A DNA stretch of 64,000 nt. Source: Abditibacteriaceae bacterium (GTDB lineage Bacteria; Armatimonadota; Abditibacteriia; Abditibacteriales; Abditibacteriaceae). The translations under genes and the position numbers were made by a program. The notes below the pieces were generated by a model. The model had not been told where the DNA came from, searched no databases, and saw nothing but the letters and a program-made list of their open reading frames with translations. Positions 18,824 to 27,991 of this stretch are shown here, piece by piece. The stretch lies in contig OZ255721.1 in NCBI GenBank assembly GCA_965277285.1, positions 1,952,001 to 2,016,000 of the forward strand, written 5' to 3'. Numbering within the stretch: the first letter of the stretch is position 1; every line of letters starts with the position of its first letter.

Positions 18824-21112
18824 ATGGAACTCCTGGCAAAAACCGACGGCACAACACTGAAACAACACACGCAAGATGTCCGCGATGAAGCGGCATCTCT
18901 GGTAAAGGCTCGTCCGTTTGTCGCTCACAAATATCAACAGCGCACCGGACACGATTTAGCTTCGTTGCTGGACGAAAGCGCGCGTTGGCATGACGCGGGG
19001 AAAGAACACTCCAAGTGGCAAAACGCTTGTCGTGCCGATTACGAAGAATCAAAACGAACAGGACGTAATTGCGGAACACATTTGCGTCGTGCCGGAATAC
19101 GTCACGAAATTGCGTCTTTGGCTTTTATGAAAGATCGCGGCGCGCAACTTCCGCTTTGTGGCTGGACAGCGGTTGCCGCCCATCATCGCAAGTTGGCAGA
19201 ACGCCATGAAAAGCGTTGGCAAGACGACGCGCGGCACGCCGACTTTTGGCATCAATTCAAGATATTCGCTTCGCGCTTCGATGCCAGCGACCGCGAAAGC
19301 TTTGATCGAGTACTCGAAAAACGTTATGAATACGATGGCCCGCGCGCCTGGCTGCAACTCGCCGATGGACGCGCCAGTGCCAAAGAAGGCGGCGACGTGC
19401 TGCCGCAGTTAGAAGAGTTCCGCTACAACTTTCCGCATGACAAACCGCGCGGCGTTCAAGAACTCATCACTCGAATCTGGGACAAACCATTCGCTATTTT
19501 GCGCGCGCCAACCGGAGCCGGAAAAACCGATGCCGCGCTGTTGTGGGCGCAACATCAAATTAAAGAAAACCGTGCCGACCGTTTAGTTATCGCCATGCCG
19601 ACGCGATTCACTTCTAACGCGCTCTCAATTGCAGTTGCCGACAACCTGAGTGCGCGCGGTTTATATCATTCGAGTGCGCACTTTGTCGAAAAGGAGCGCA
19701 GAGAGAACGCGGATGATTTCGATAAAGACGTGTTTGAGAAGGAGATGCTGCTCGCGCGTTTGCTGGAAACGCCTGTCACCGTAACAACGCTCGATCATTT
19801 GTGCATTGCATTGACCGGAGCGCGCGAAGACCATCACGGCATTTTCTGGGGTTTGTCGCATTCGTGTGTTGTCATTGATGAAGCCGATTTTTATGACGAC
19901 TTCACGCAGCGCAACATGATTGTGCTGCTTCACGCGCTTCGAGTACTCGATGTTCCGGTTTTGGTGATGAGCGCGACCGTTCCCGAATCGGCGCGCGAAC
20001 TTTATGCGCTATCAGGCTTTGAAGCAAAAGAAATTCACGAAGACGCTTCCGACACTGACCGCGTGCGTTGCCGCATTGAGCGTAAAGGCCGCGTGCGTGT
20101 GCCGGAAGACATCGAAGAGATTTTGCGTTTGGTCGACGACGATGCGCCGTTGATTATCTACGCCAACACAGTTGAACGCGCGCAGGCTTATCGCCAATGG
20201 TTTGAAGACAATAAGTTTGATGAAGAAGATGTTGTGCTGTACCATTCGCGCTTTTGCGAACCGGACAAGGTAGAGATTGAGCAAAAGCTGTATAAGATGA
20301 TGGGACGAGAAGCCTGGAAAAACGGCACGCAACGCGGCGTCGCCATCTTGACACAGATTGGCGAACTCAGCGTCAACATCAGCGCCGATCAAATGCTTTC
20401 CGACCTTTGTCCGATTGACCGTTTAACTCAGCGTGCTGGCCGACTCGCACGTTTTAAAGAACGGTTTGATGGACAAGAAAATGTCATTGGCAATTTATAT
20501 GTTGTGCTGCCAACGAAAAGCGGCGAAGAACCGGAAGATGAGTGGTATCCCGCGCCTTACGGAAATTTCATCGGCAACAAATGGCAACTGACCCATGTAT
20601 TACGTCAATCGAATGAGAAATTGGAAGACGGCGATTACTCACCGCGACGCTTCGCTGATTTAGTAAACGAACTTTATCCTTCAGCTACATCGCCTTCACC
20701 TCGCGCTCGTGACAATGCGCGTGCGCTTGAGAATAGTTTTGTCAACAACTGGCTTATTACACAATTCGCTGAATTGGAAAGCGAAGACGACGAACAAACT
20801 CACATCTGGAAGAGCCGTGACATCGCGCCGCAGCAAACGGTCTATGTTGGCGTCGAGATTTCAACGCATATCAGCAACGACACGCCGTCTCTCGATTTGA
20901 GTAATCGCTTCAAGTTCCGTGAGTGGCAGCTTAAACACGGTGTTCAGATTTATGGTTATCAACTTGCCAAAGCCATCGAAAACAGCGCCGTTGAAAAAAG
21001 AACATTCAACATTGGTGAAGACAGCGAAATCGTTTATCTTGTGAATGTCAATTATTACGACCTCAATTATGGCTTGCGTCTCAACCGCGAAACCTTCGAG
21101 GAAGAACAATGA
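18824..21112 (+). CDS. cas3: Cas3 HD nuclease-helicase
   Basis: LLAK...TLKQHT, WHDAGK, RHE, AAHH, APTGAGKT, IDEAD, MSAT and QRAGR motifs. Confidence 0.95.
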   Translation: MELLAKTDGTTLKQHTQDVRDEAASLVKARPFVAHKYQQRTGHDLASLLDESARWHDAGKEHSKWQNACRADYEESKRTGRNCGTHLRRAGIRHEIASLAFMKDRGAQLPLCGWTAVAAHHRKLAERHEKRWQDDARHADFWHQFKIFASRFDASDRESFDRVLEKRYEYDGPRAWLQLADGRASAKEGGDVLPQLEEFRYNFPHDKPRGVQELITRIWDKPFAILRAPTGAGKTDAALLWAQHQIKENRADRLVIAMPTRFTSNALSIAVADNLSARGLYHSSAHFVEKERRENADDFDKDVFEKEMLLARLLETPVTVTTLDHLCIALTGAREDHHGIFWGLSHSCVVIDEADFYDDFTQRNMIVLLHALRVLDVPVLVMSATVPESARELYALSGFEAKEIHEDASDTDRVRCRIERKGRVRVPEDIEEILRLVDDDAPLIIYANTVERAQAYRQWFEDNKFDEEDVVLYHSRFCEPDKVEIEQKLYKMMGREAWKNGTQRGVAILTQIGELSVNISADQMLSDLCPIDRLTQRAGRLARFKERFDGQENVIGNLYVVLPTKSGEEPEDEWYPAPYGNFIGNKWQLTHVLRQSNEKLEDGDYSPRRFADLVNELYPSATSPSPRARDNARALENSFVNNWLITQFAELESEDDEQTHIWKSRDIAPQQTVYVGVEISTHISNDTPSLDLSNRFKFREWQLKHGVQIYGYQLAKAIENSAVEKRTFNIGEDSEIVYLVNVNYYDLNYGLRLNRETFEEEQ

Positions 21113-21633
21113 GTGAAGCGACACTTCCCACTTTCACTGGCACGCAGGTCAACTACTACGGCATTTGTTGGCGCAAGCTGTGGTTGTTTTCGCACGGCGT
21201 CGAGATGGAGCGAGAAAACGAGAACGTGCAAATCGGCAGAACGGTGGGCGAAAGTTCTTACAGCCGCGAGCGCAAAGAAGTCAACATCGACAATCGTATT
21301 GTGATTGATTGGGTCGAAAGTCGCGTACTCGATGATGGAACGTTGCTCATTCACGAGACCAAGAAAAGCCGCTCCTTTGACAGCGCGCATCGCTTGCAAG
21401 TGTTGTATTACCTGTTTTATCTCAAAGCCAAAGGTGTGCAGGCGCGGGGCGAAATTGACTATCCGCTGATCAAGAAGACTGAAAGCATTGAACTGTCGCC
21501 GGAAAGCGAAATTGAAGTGATTCGAGTACTCGATGGCATCAAAAGCGTGGTTGAGCAACCGCAAGCGCCGCCGCGCTTAACCAACAAACGCTTGTGCGAA
21601 AAGTGTGCTTACTTCGAGCTGTGCTGGTCGTGA
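21109..21633 (+). CDS. cas4: Cas4 exonuclease
   Basis: TGTQVNYYGICWRKLWL, ETKKS, QVLYYL and CEKCAYFELC. Confidence 0.95.
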   Translation: MSEATLPTFTGTQVNYYGICWRKLWLFSHGVEMERENENVQIGRTVGESSYSRERKEVNIDNRIVIDWVESRVLDDGTLLIHETKKSRSFDSAHRLQVLYYLFYLKAKGVQARGEIDYPLIKKTESIELSPESEIEVIRVLDGIKSVVEQPQAPPRLTNKRLCEKCAYFELCWS

Positions 21634-21636
21634 AAT

Positions 21637-21770
21637 TCACCGCAGAGGACGCGGCGGTCGTAGAGAGAAGAATGTGAATGGATGGGAGGCAACGACAAAT
21701 CAAAGTTATCGCTTCTTCCACGCGTTTTTCTCTTGAACTTCCTCAGCGTCCTCTGCGAACTCGGCGGTGA
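21637..21770. repeat. Inverted-repeat intergenic element family D
   Basis: TCACCGCAGAGGACGCGGCGG...CAGCGTCCTCTGCGAACTCGGCGGTGA. A related half-copy at about 38704-38738 lies in the panB 3' end. Confidence 0.7.
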
Positions 21771-21773
21771 CAA

Positions 21774-22985
21774 ATGAAGCGTCAGTATTTTATTTTCTCG
21801 AACGGGCGTTTGTTGCGCAAACAAAACACGCTTTATCTGCATCAATACGCCGAAGAGCGCGAAGATGGCGACGACGTTTCGCTCGAAGACGCGGCGGAGC
21901 AGAACGGCTGCGTGCTGGAAGACGACGGAAGTGACGAGTTACAAATGACGAGTGACGAGTCCGAGGATGAATCGAGTACTCGAATCACGCTCGAAGATGA
22001 TGAAGCTCCACTCAAAACGGAAAACTCAAAATTGAGCACTGAAGAATCGCCTCGCGCGGTTCTGCAAAAGCGTCCGATTCCGGTGGAAGACATTGAGGCG
22101 CTTTATTTGTTTGGCGAAATGGACATCAACACCAAGATGCTCAACTTCGCCGCGCGACACAAAATCCCGATCCATGTTTTCAATTACTTCGGCTTTTATT
22201 CGGGAACGTTTTACGGTCGGCACGAAGTGAATTCCGGCTTTTTGCTGGTCAAGCAAGTCGAGCATTATTCGAGCGCGACGCATCGCTTGCAGATCGCGCG
22301 CGGCTTTGTCGATGGCGCCAGTTTCAACATCTTGAAGAACCTGAAGTATTACGGTTCGGCCAGCCGCGGACGCGATTTGAGCAGCTTTATCGAACGCATC
22401 GAAACCGAGCGTTTAAAGATCCTGACGGCGCGCGATATTCCGACTTTGATGGGCATTGAAGGCGCCATTCGCGCGACGTATTACGCGGCTTGGCCCTTGA
22501 TTTTGTCGCAGCCGTGGGCGGAATTTACCAAGCGCGTCAAGCGCCCGCCGGATAATCCGGTCAATGCTCTGGTGAGTTTCGGTAACGCGATGTGTTACAC
22601 GCTGGCGCTGGGCGAAATTTATCGCACGCCGCTGTCGCCGCTGATTTCATTCTTGCACGAACCTGGCGACCGTCGTTATTCTCTGAGTTTGGATTTGGCG
22701 GAAATCTTCAAGCCGATTTTGTGCGACCGCATCATTTTCAAGCTGATCAACAACGGCGAGATTACGCCGAAACATTTCGATGAAAAGCTGAACTTTTGCT
22801 ATCTCAAGGAAAGCGGTCGCAAGATTTTTATGCAGGAATGGGATGAGCGATTGAAGCAAACTATTGAGCATCGCAACCTGGGACGCAAAGTTTCGTATCG
22901 CCGCCTGGTACGCCTGGAATGTTATAAGCTGCAAAAGCACATCATGGGCATCGAGAATTACGAGCCTTTCAAGATTTGGTGGTGA
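21774..22985 (+). CDS. cas1: Cas1 (type I-B) with an acidic N-terminal insertion
   Basis: FSNGRLLRKQNTL, HVFNYFGFYSGTFY, LMGIEG, RPPDNPVNALVSFGN and SLDLAEIFKP. Confidence 0.96.
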   Translation: MKRQYFIFSNGRLLRKQNTLYLHQYAEEREDGDDVSLEDAAEQNGCVLEDDGSDELQMTSDESEDESSTRITLEDDEAPLKTENSKLSTEESPRAVLQKRPIPVEDIEALYLFGEMDINTKMLNFAARHKIPIHVFNYFGFYSGTFYGRHEVNSGFLLVKQVEHYSSATHRLQIARGFVDGASFNILKNLKYYGSASRGRDLSSFIERIETERLKILTARDIPTLMGIEGAIRATYYAAWPLILSQPWAEFTKRVKRPPDNPVNALVSFGNAMCYTLALGEIYRTPLSPLISFLHEPGDRRYSLSLDLAEIFKPILCDRIIFKLINNGEITPKHFDEKLNFCYLKESGRKIFMQEWDERLKQTIEHRNLGRKVSYRRLVRLECYKLQKHIMGIENYEPFKIWW

Positions 22986-22994
22986 GGAGGAAAA

Positions 22995-23090
22995 GAAATG
23001 ATGAATGATGAATCAGGCTTGGACTTCGAGTACTCGATTGCGTCAGCGTAACGTTTGAATTGCATTCATCATTCCGTATTCATCATTCCG
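22995..23090 (+). repeat. ~95-bp element with ATGATGA/TCATCAT heptamer ends and a central TCGAGTACTCGA, copy 1
   Basis: Aligns by eye with the reverse complement of 41236-41330. Confidence 0.8.
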
Positions 23091-23093
23091 ATT

Positions 23094-23357
23094 ATGTACG
23101 TGGTTATCGTTTACGACATTGGCGTCGAGCGCGTGAGCAAAGTCTGCAAGGCATTGCGGCGTCGCCTGACGTGGGTGCAGAACTCGGTGTTTGAAGGTGA
23201 AATCTCCGAAGCCGATTACGCCAAGATTCAAGTCGATCTGCTGAAGATTATCGAGCGCGAGCGCGATAGCGTGTTGTGCTATTGCATCAATAACCCCAAA
23301 GGTTGGGAGAAGCGCGTCATTGGTCAGGAACGCGCTTCCACCGACACCTTTTTATAA
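23094..23357 (+). CDS. cas2: Cas2
   Basis: MYVVIVYDI...LTWVQNSVFEGEIS. Confidence 0.96.
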   Translation: MYVVIVYDIGVERVSKVCKALRRRLTWVQNSVFEGEISEADYAKIQVDLLKIIERERDSVLCYCINNPKGWEKRVIGQERASTDTFL

Positions 23358-23537
23358 CGCAAAAAGATTATTGAGTACTCGAATTGCGCTATAATTGTGA
23401 CAGCGCCGCTATTTCCTGTCGTCGGGTCACGCTTGAAAATACAGCATCGTCGCCCGACGACTGGCAAGAATTTCAACACCGTCATTTCTTTCAACTTTGC
23501 CGCCCAAAAGCGGCATTTTTTACCACTCAAAAAGTGG
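23358..23537 (+). promoter_or_regulatory. CRISPR leader
   Basis: Non-coding region between cas2 and the first repeat; TATAAT near 23390; inverted repeat GTCGTCGGG/CCCGACGAC (23418-23426/23453-23461). Confidence 0.8.
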
Positions 23538-25758
23538 CTTCTAATCGAACCAGTGTGGAATTGAAAGAATAGCGAGATGTAGCGGGTTTGGCATTGTAAC
23601 CGTTCGTCTTCTAATCGAACCAGTGTGGAATTGAAAGCATCATGTCGTAGTTATTCAAGAGCGATTCAACGGAACTTCTAATCGAACCAGTGTGGAATTG
23701 AAAGGGCTGTTTTTGGTGCGCTCCAAGTCGCCGATAACGCTTCTAATCGAACCAGTGTGGAATTGAAAGGCAGCGGGCAAGGGCGTTTACGTCCGCACGC
23801 AGCAGGCTTCTAATCGAACCAGTGTGGAATTGAAAGGAACAAAAAGGTTCGCGCAACAATCGAGCACCACCGCCTTCTAATCGAACCAGTGTGGAATTGA
23901 AAGAAGAAGGTCTTCGCAACCAGAGCGCGGACGGCGTCTTCTTCTAATCGAACCAGTGTGGAATTGAAAGTTTTGCGCGTTGTTTTGCGTTGGGACGGCT
24001 TGATTACTTCTAATCGAACCAGTGTGGAATTGAAAGCTTTCTTACGCGAAGTCTCTTTCAGTTCCTCATTGACTTCTAATCGAACCAGTGTGGAATTGAA
24101 AGCATCTTGAAAATGTTTCCACGTCGTCGGAGCCTCAAAGCTTCTAATCGAACCAGTGTGGAATTGAAAGCAAGCGGCAACGGTTCGCTTGTATCGCATG
24201 GACAACTTCTAATCGAACCAGTGTGGAATTGAAAGTCAAATCGTTCACCTTTTGCACCTTGAACGGTTTCACTTCTAATCGAACCAGTGTGGAATTGAAA
24301 GCGGCCATAAACAACGCCGCGACTTCGCCTTGATTCTTCTAATCGAACCAGTGTGGAATTGAAAGGTCTTTTCAAACACGGCAACGGCTTTTCGCGCCGC
24401 GTCTTCTAATCGAACCAGTGTGGAATTGAAAGCAAAGTAACTGGTAAGTCGCCTGTTACCACTTTCCTACTTCTAATCGAACCAGTGTGGAATTGAAAGC
24501 ACTTGCGCTTATGCGCGCCTTTTCGTCTTTCAACACTTCTAATCGAACCAGTGTGGAATTGAAAGTAAACGAATGTCGTTAAGGTCACGCTCTAACGATT
24601 GCACTTCTAATCGAACCAGTGTGGAATTGAAAGCAAAGTAACCGGTAAATCGCCTGTAACAACTTTCCTACTTCTAATCGAACCAGTGTGGAATTGAAAG
24701 AACTGCATTAAAGTGCGTGATGCGGCGTTTATCGAGGAGACTTCTAATCGAACCAGTGTGGAATTGAAAGTCATGCAGATGATTCGTTTGGCATCTTCGA
24801 GGCGACTTCTAATCGAACCAGTGTGGAATTGAAAGTGAGTTCAAGGGCTTGCGTTCCACTCTTACCGAAATGCTTCTAATCGAACCAGTGTGGAATTGAA
24901 AGTGTGACCGTGCCGATAAGATTACCCTTGCTGCTACTTCTAATCGAACCAGTGTGGAATTGAAAGGTGTAGGAAAGAAAACCATCGAAGCGAACCGCGC
25001 GCTTCTAATCGAACCAGTGTGGAATTGAAAGTCGAGTAAGCGAGTTTGGGGCGCGGGAGAACTTTCGCCTTCTAATCGAACCAGTGTGGAATTGAAAGCA
25101 GCCTATCGCGCAACTGATGGAATCAACCGAGAATCTTCTAATCGAACCAGTGTGGAATTGAAAGCTACAAGTCGCTATCTGGTGAACGATTGTCGCAGCG
25201 CTTCTAATCGAACCAGTGTGGAATTGAAAGCTTCGTGCTGTAGCCAAGCTCTTTCCGGCGCGCCTTCTAATCGAACCAGTGTGGAATTGAAAGACGGCGA
25301 CATTGTGGTTGGCGGGACTTCGGCGGCCTTCTAATCGAACCAGTGTGGAATTGAAAGCATGACGGTTCAGCGATCAATGGTGTCGAAATTGGGAGCTTCT
25401 AATCGAACCAGTGTGGAATTGAAAGACTGCTAAAAAGCATTTTACGATTGCGGACAACGGTTCTTCTAATCGAACCAGTGTGGAATTGAAAGCCATCAAA
25501 AGCGGAACTGGCGCGGCTAGAGAAAAACTTCTAATCGAACCAGTGTGGAATTGAAAGATGGATTCGATCACGATCAACGGCAAATTGTGCCGCCTTCTAA
25601 TCGAACCAGTGTGGAATTGAAAGGTTACATAATCGTCGTCTTCGGTTTCGCCGTCTTCGTCTTCTAATCGAACCAGTGTGGAATTGAAAGGCGAAGAAGA
25701 AATCGAAGAAAAAGCCGCGCTGGAACTCCTTCTAATCGAACCAGTGTGGAATAGTATG
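23538..25758 (+). CRISPR. CRISPR array: 34 repeats (30 bp, CTTCTAATCGAACCAGTGTGGAATTGAAAG) and 33 spacers of 33-40 nt
   Basis: 33 identical repeats plus a degenerate terminal repeat (25729-25758). The ATTGAAAG 3' handle and the leader position give + orientation. Confidence 0.99.
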
Positions 25759-25916
25759 TGGTTTTGGTCATTTAAAGGCACTTTCCCAAGAGCGAAAGTG
25801 CTTTTTTTGCATTTGGCGCTTTTGTTGCCAGAGGACAAGAGAAATAGTAAGTTTATTTTTCCAATAGCGCTCGTAGTTCAAAGTTTGCGAGGGATGATGC
25901 GCGACGGAAAGATACA

Positions 25917-27740
25917 ATGGAATACAGTTCCTCAGGCTGTCTTTCAGGTGGTTTTATGGCTTCTTCGCAACCTTTCGATTCTTTTTTTCAGCAGAGATCA
26001 GGCTCGATGTCTTGTATTTCGAGCAGCGCTTTCCATGGCGCGTCAGATGGCGCGCCAGATGGCACAACACCAAGAGGCACAGCTTCTCTGCCCTTAGATG
26101 CTCTACAATCAGAAGCGTTTTTGCCGTCTTCATCGCTGCCGTCTTCGATGTTGTCGGATGCATTGTTGTCGGATGCATTGTTGTCGGATGCATTGTTGTC
26201 GGATGCATTGTTGTCGGATGCATTGTTGTCGGATGCATCGTTGTCGAAGCCCTCATTGCAATGGGGTGAATCAAACTTGCAGCTTTCGTCATCGTTGTCT
26301 GTGCGCATTTTGCTGACGAGCGCGCCTTCGCCACAACTTGGCGCCAAGATGCTTATTGCAAAGGCAAAAGAAGTCGTGCGTTGTCACGAGATGACAGCGC
26401 AAAATGTGGCGCAGGAAACGACCCAACCGATCAACGATTCGAGTACTCGAAAAGACGTTGGCGCGCCTCACAGCCAATGGCACGATGCTACGCACCATGC
26501 TCGGCACAACGTTTCGCACGATGGTTTCTATTATGGGTTTGAAGACGGCTCGGCAAGCGCCAGCGCTTTGCCTCCACCGTTTCCGACGCTTGTCGATGCG
26601 ACGTGCGACGCACCAGACGCACCAGACGCACAAAACAGCGAGCATGATGAAGGTATGCGCCTGCAAAACTTGCTGGAGTGCGCTGGTCATCAGGTCGTGA
26701 TGTGGCCTGAAGGGACTTCATCGCTGATGAACGCCCAAGACTTGATGGCTTTCGAGATCGTGATTGTGCAGGCTCGACGCAACGCGATGGAAGAATCTTT
26801 GGCGCTTTGTCGTTTTTTGCGCGATGCGACCATCGAAGCGGGTGCTTGCTTATTGGTCATGGCGTGCGATGAGCGCGGCAGTGCGGACGCGTCACATCAC
26901 GCGGCGCAAATGACAGCCGCCGGAGCGGACGGCATTCTCGATGGCGCGGCGCCGCCCTATGAAATCGCGGCGATGCTGCACGCGCTGACGCAAATGGCGC
27001 GTTTGCGCCGCGAATTGCAAGTCACGCGCGAACAATTGCGCTTGCAATTGCAAAACGACGACGTGACGAATTTGCTCAATCGCCGCTTTTTCTTTCAAGC
27101 GGCCTACCGCGAATATGAACGCGCGCGCCGCACCAAGGCTCACCTGTCGTGCGTGATGATCGGCGTCAACCACTTCCGTCAAATGAGCGAGAATTTCGGT
27201 TTCGGTTGCTGCGATGCCGCGTTGCGCGAAATCGCCTGCATACTGCGCGACTTCGCGCGCGACGGCGACATCGTGGCGCGTTTTGGTGAAGCGAAATTCG
27301 TTCTTTTGCTGCCCGATACGCCTCATCATCAAGCGTTGCGTTTGAGCGAAGCCATTCAACGCCGAATCGCCACTTACGCGTTTCCCTGGCAAGGACAAGC
27401 GCTCCATTTATCCGTCAGCATCGGCGAAGGCACGCGCCACTTGGCGTCTGCTGAAGAAACAGAATTTGATGCGACGGAGTTCGGCGCGAACAACCTGATA
27501 ATCGCGCCACAAAATGCGGAGGAAAGGAAAATTTCAAAAAGCGAAACGCGCGCTTTCGACGCAGCTATGAAACCTCAGGAAGCACACGCGCCACGCGAAC
27601 CGCTTTCGACGCGCGAGGAAGTCGCGGCGCTGCTCGAAGAAGCCGACGCTGCGCTTTTCGTCGCTAAACGCGGCGTACGCAATTCTTCGCTGGCCGTCAG
27701 CACCGCGTTGAGCTTAACGCTCGAATCGTTCAACTCGTAG
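25917..27740 (+). CDS. Receiver-like + degenerate GGDEF domain protein with a low-complexity N-terminus (start uncertain)
   Basis: DDVTNLLNRRFF, RDGDIVARFGEAKF, SVSIG and ADAALFVAKRG. Confidence 0.8.
   Translation: MEYSSSGCLSGGFMASSQPFDSFFQQRSGSMSCISSSAFHGASDGAPDGTTPRGTASLPLDALQSEAFLPSSSLPSSMLSDALLSDALLSDALLSDALLSDALLSDASLSKPSLQWGESNLQLSSSLSVRILLTSAPSPQLGAKMLIAKAKEVVRCHEMTAQNVAQETTQPINDSSTRKDVGAPHSQWHDATHHARHNVSHDGFYYGFEDGSASASALPPPFPTLVDATCDAPDAPDAQNSEHDEGMRLQNLLECAGHQVVMWPEGTSSLMNAQDLMAFEIVIVQARRNAMEESLALCRFLRDATIEAGACLLVMACDERGSADASHHAAQMTAAGADGILDGAAPPYEIAAMLHALTQMARLRRELQVTREQLRLQLQNDDVTNLLNRRFFFQAAYREYERARRTKAHLSCVMIGVNHFRQMSENFGFGCCDAALREIACILRDFARDGDIVARFGEAKFVLLLPDTPHHQALRLSEAIQRRIATYAFPWQGQALHLSVSIGEGTRHLASAEETEFDATEFGANNLIIAPQNAEERKISKSETRAFDAAMKPQEAHAPREPLSTREEVAALLEEADAALFVAKRGVRNSSLAVSTALSLTLESFNS
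26149..26238 (+). repeat. 15-bp tandem repeat x6 (TGTTGTCGGATGCAT, encoding LLSDA)
   Basis: Six exact in-frame copies. Confidence 0.95.
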
Positions 27741-27991
27741 GGAATTTGTATGGGAATTTGTAAGGAACTCGCAACACCAGCGACAAAACTTTGCCTGAGC
27801 GTTCTACACTGCAATGTCGCACCTTTATCGAGTACTCGATAGCAAGCCGAAGCACCACAGAAATCGCCAAAAACGTGATAAACTGCGTTCACTAATCTCT
27901 TGGTGTGTCGCACTATGCGCGCCACAAAGTCGTGAACGCAAGACCATCAAAGCGACTTCGCACCAACGAGAGTGTAGACGACGTTTTTCTT

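Noticed and set aside
23568..25728. Self-targeting array spacers
   Set aside because: No match within this window noticed by eye; a BLAST against the full genome is needed.
23810..25838. ORFs with repeated FQFHTGSIR / FNSTLVRLE peptides
   Set aside because: Translations of CRISPR repeats.
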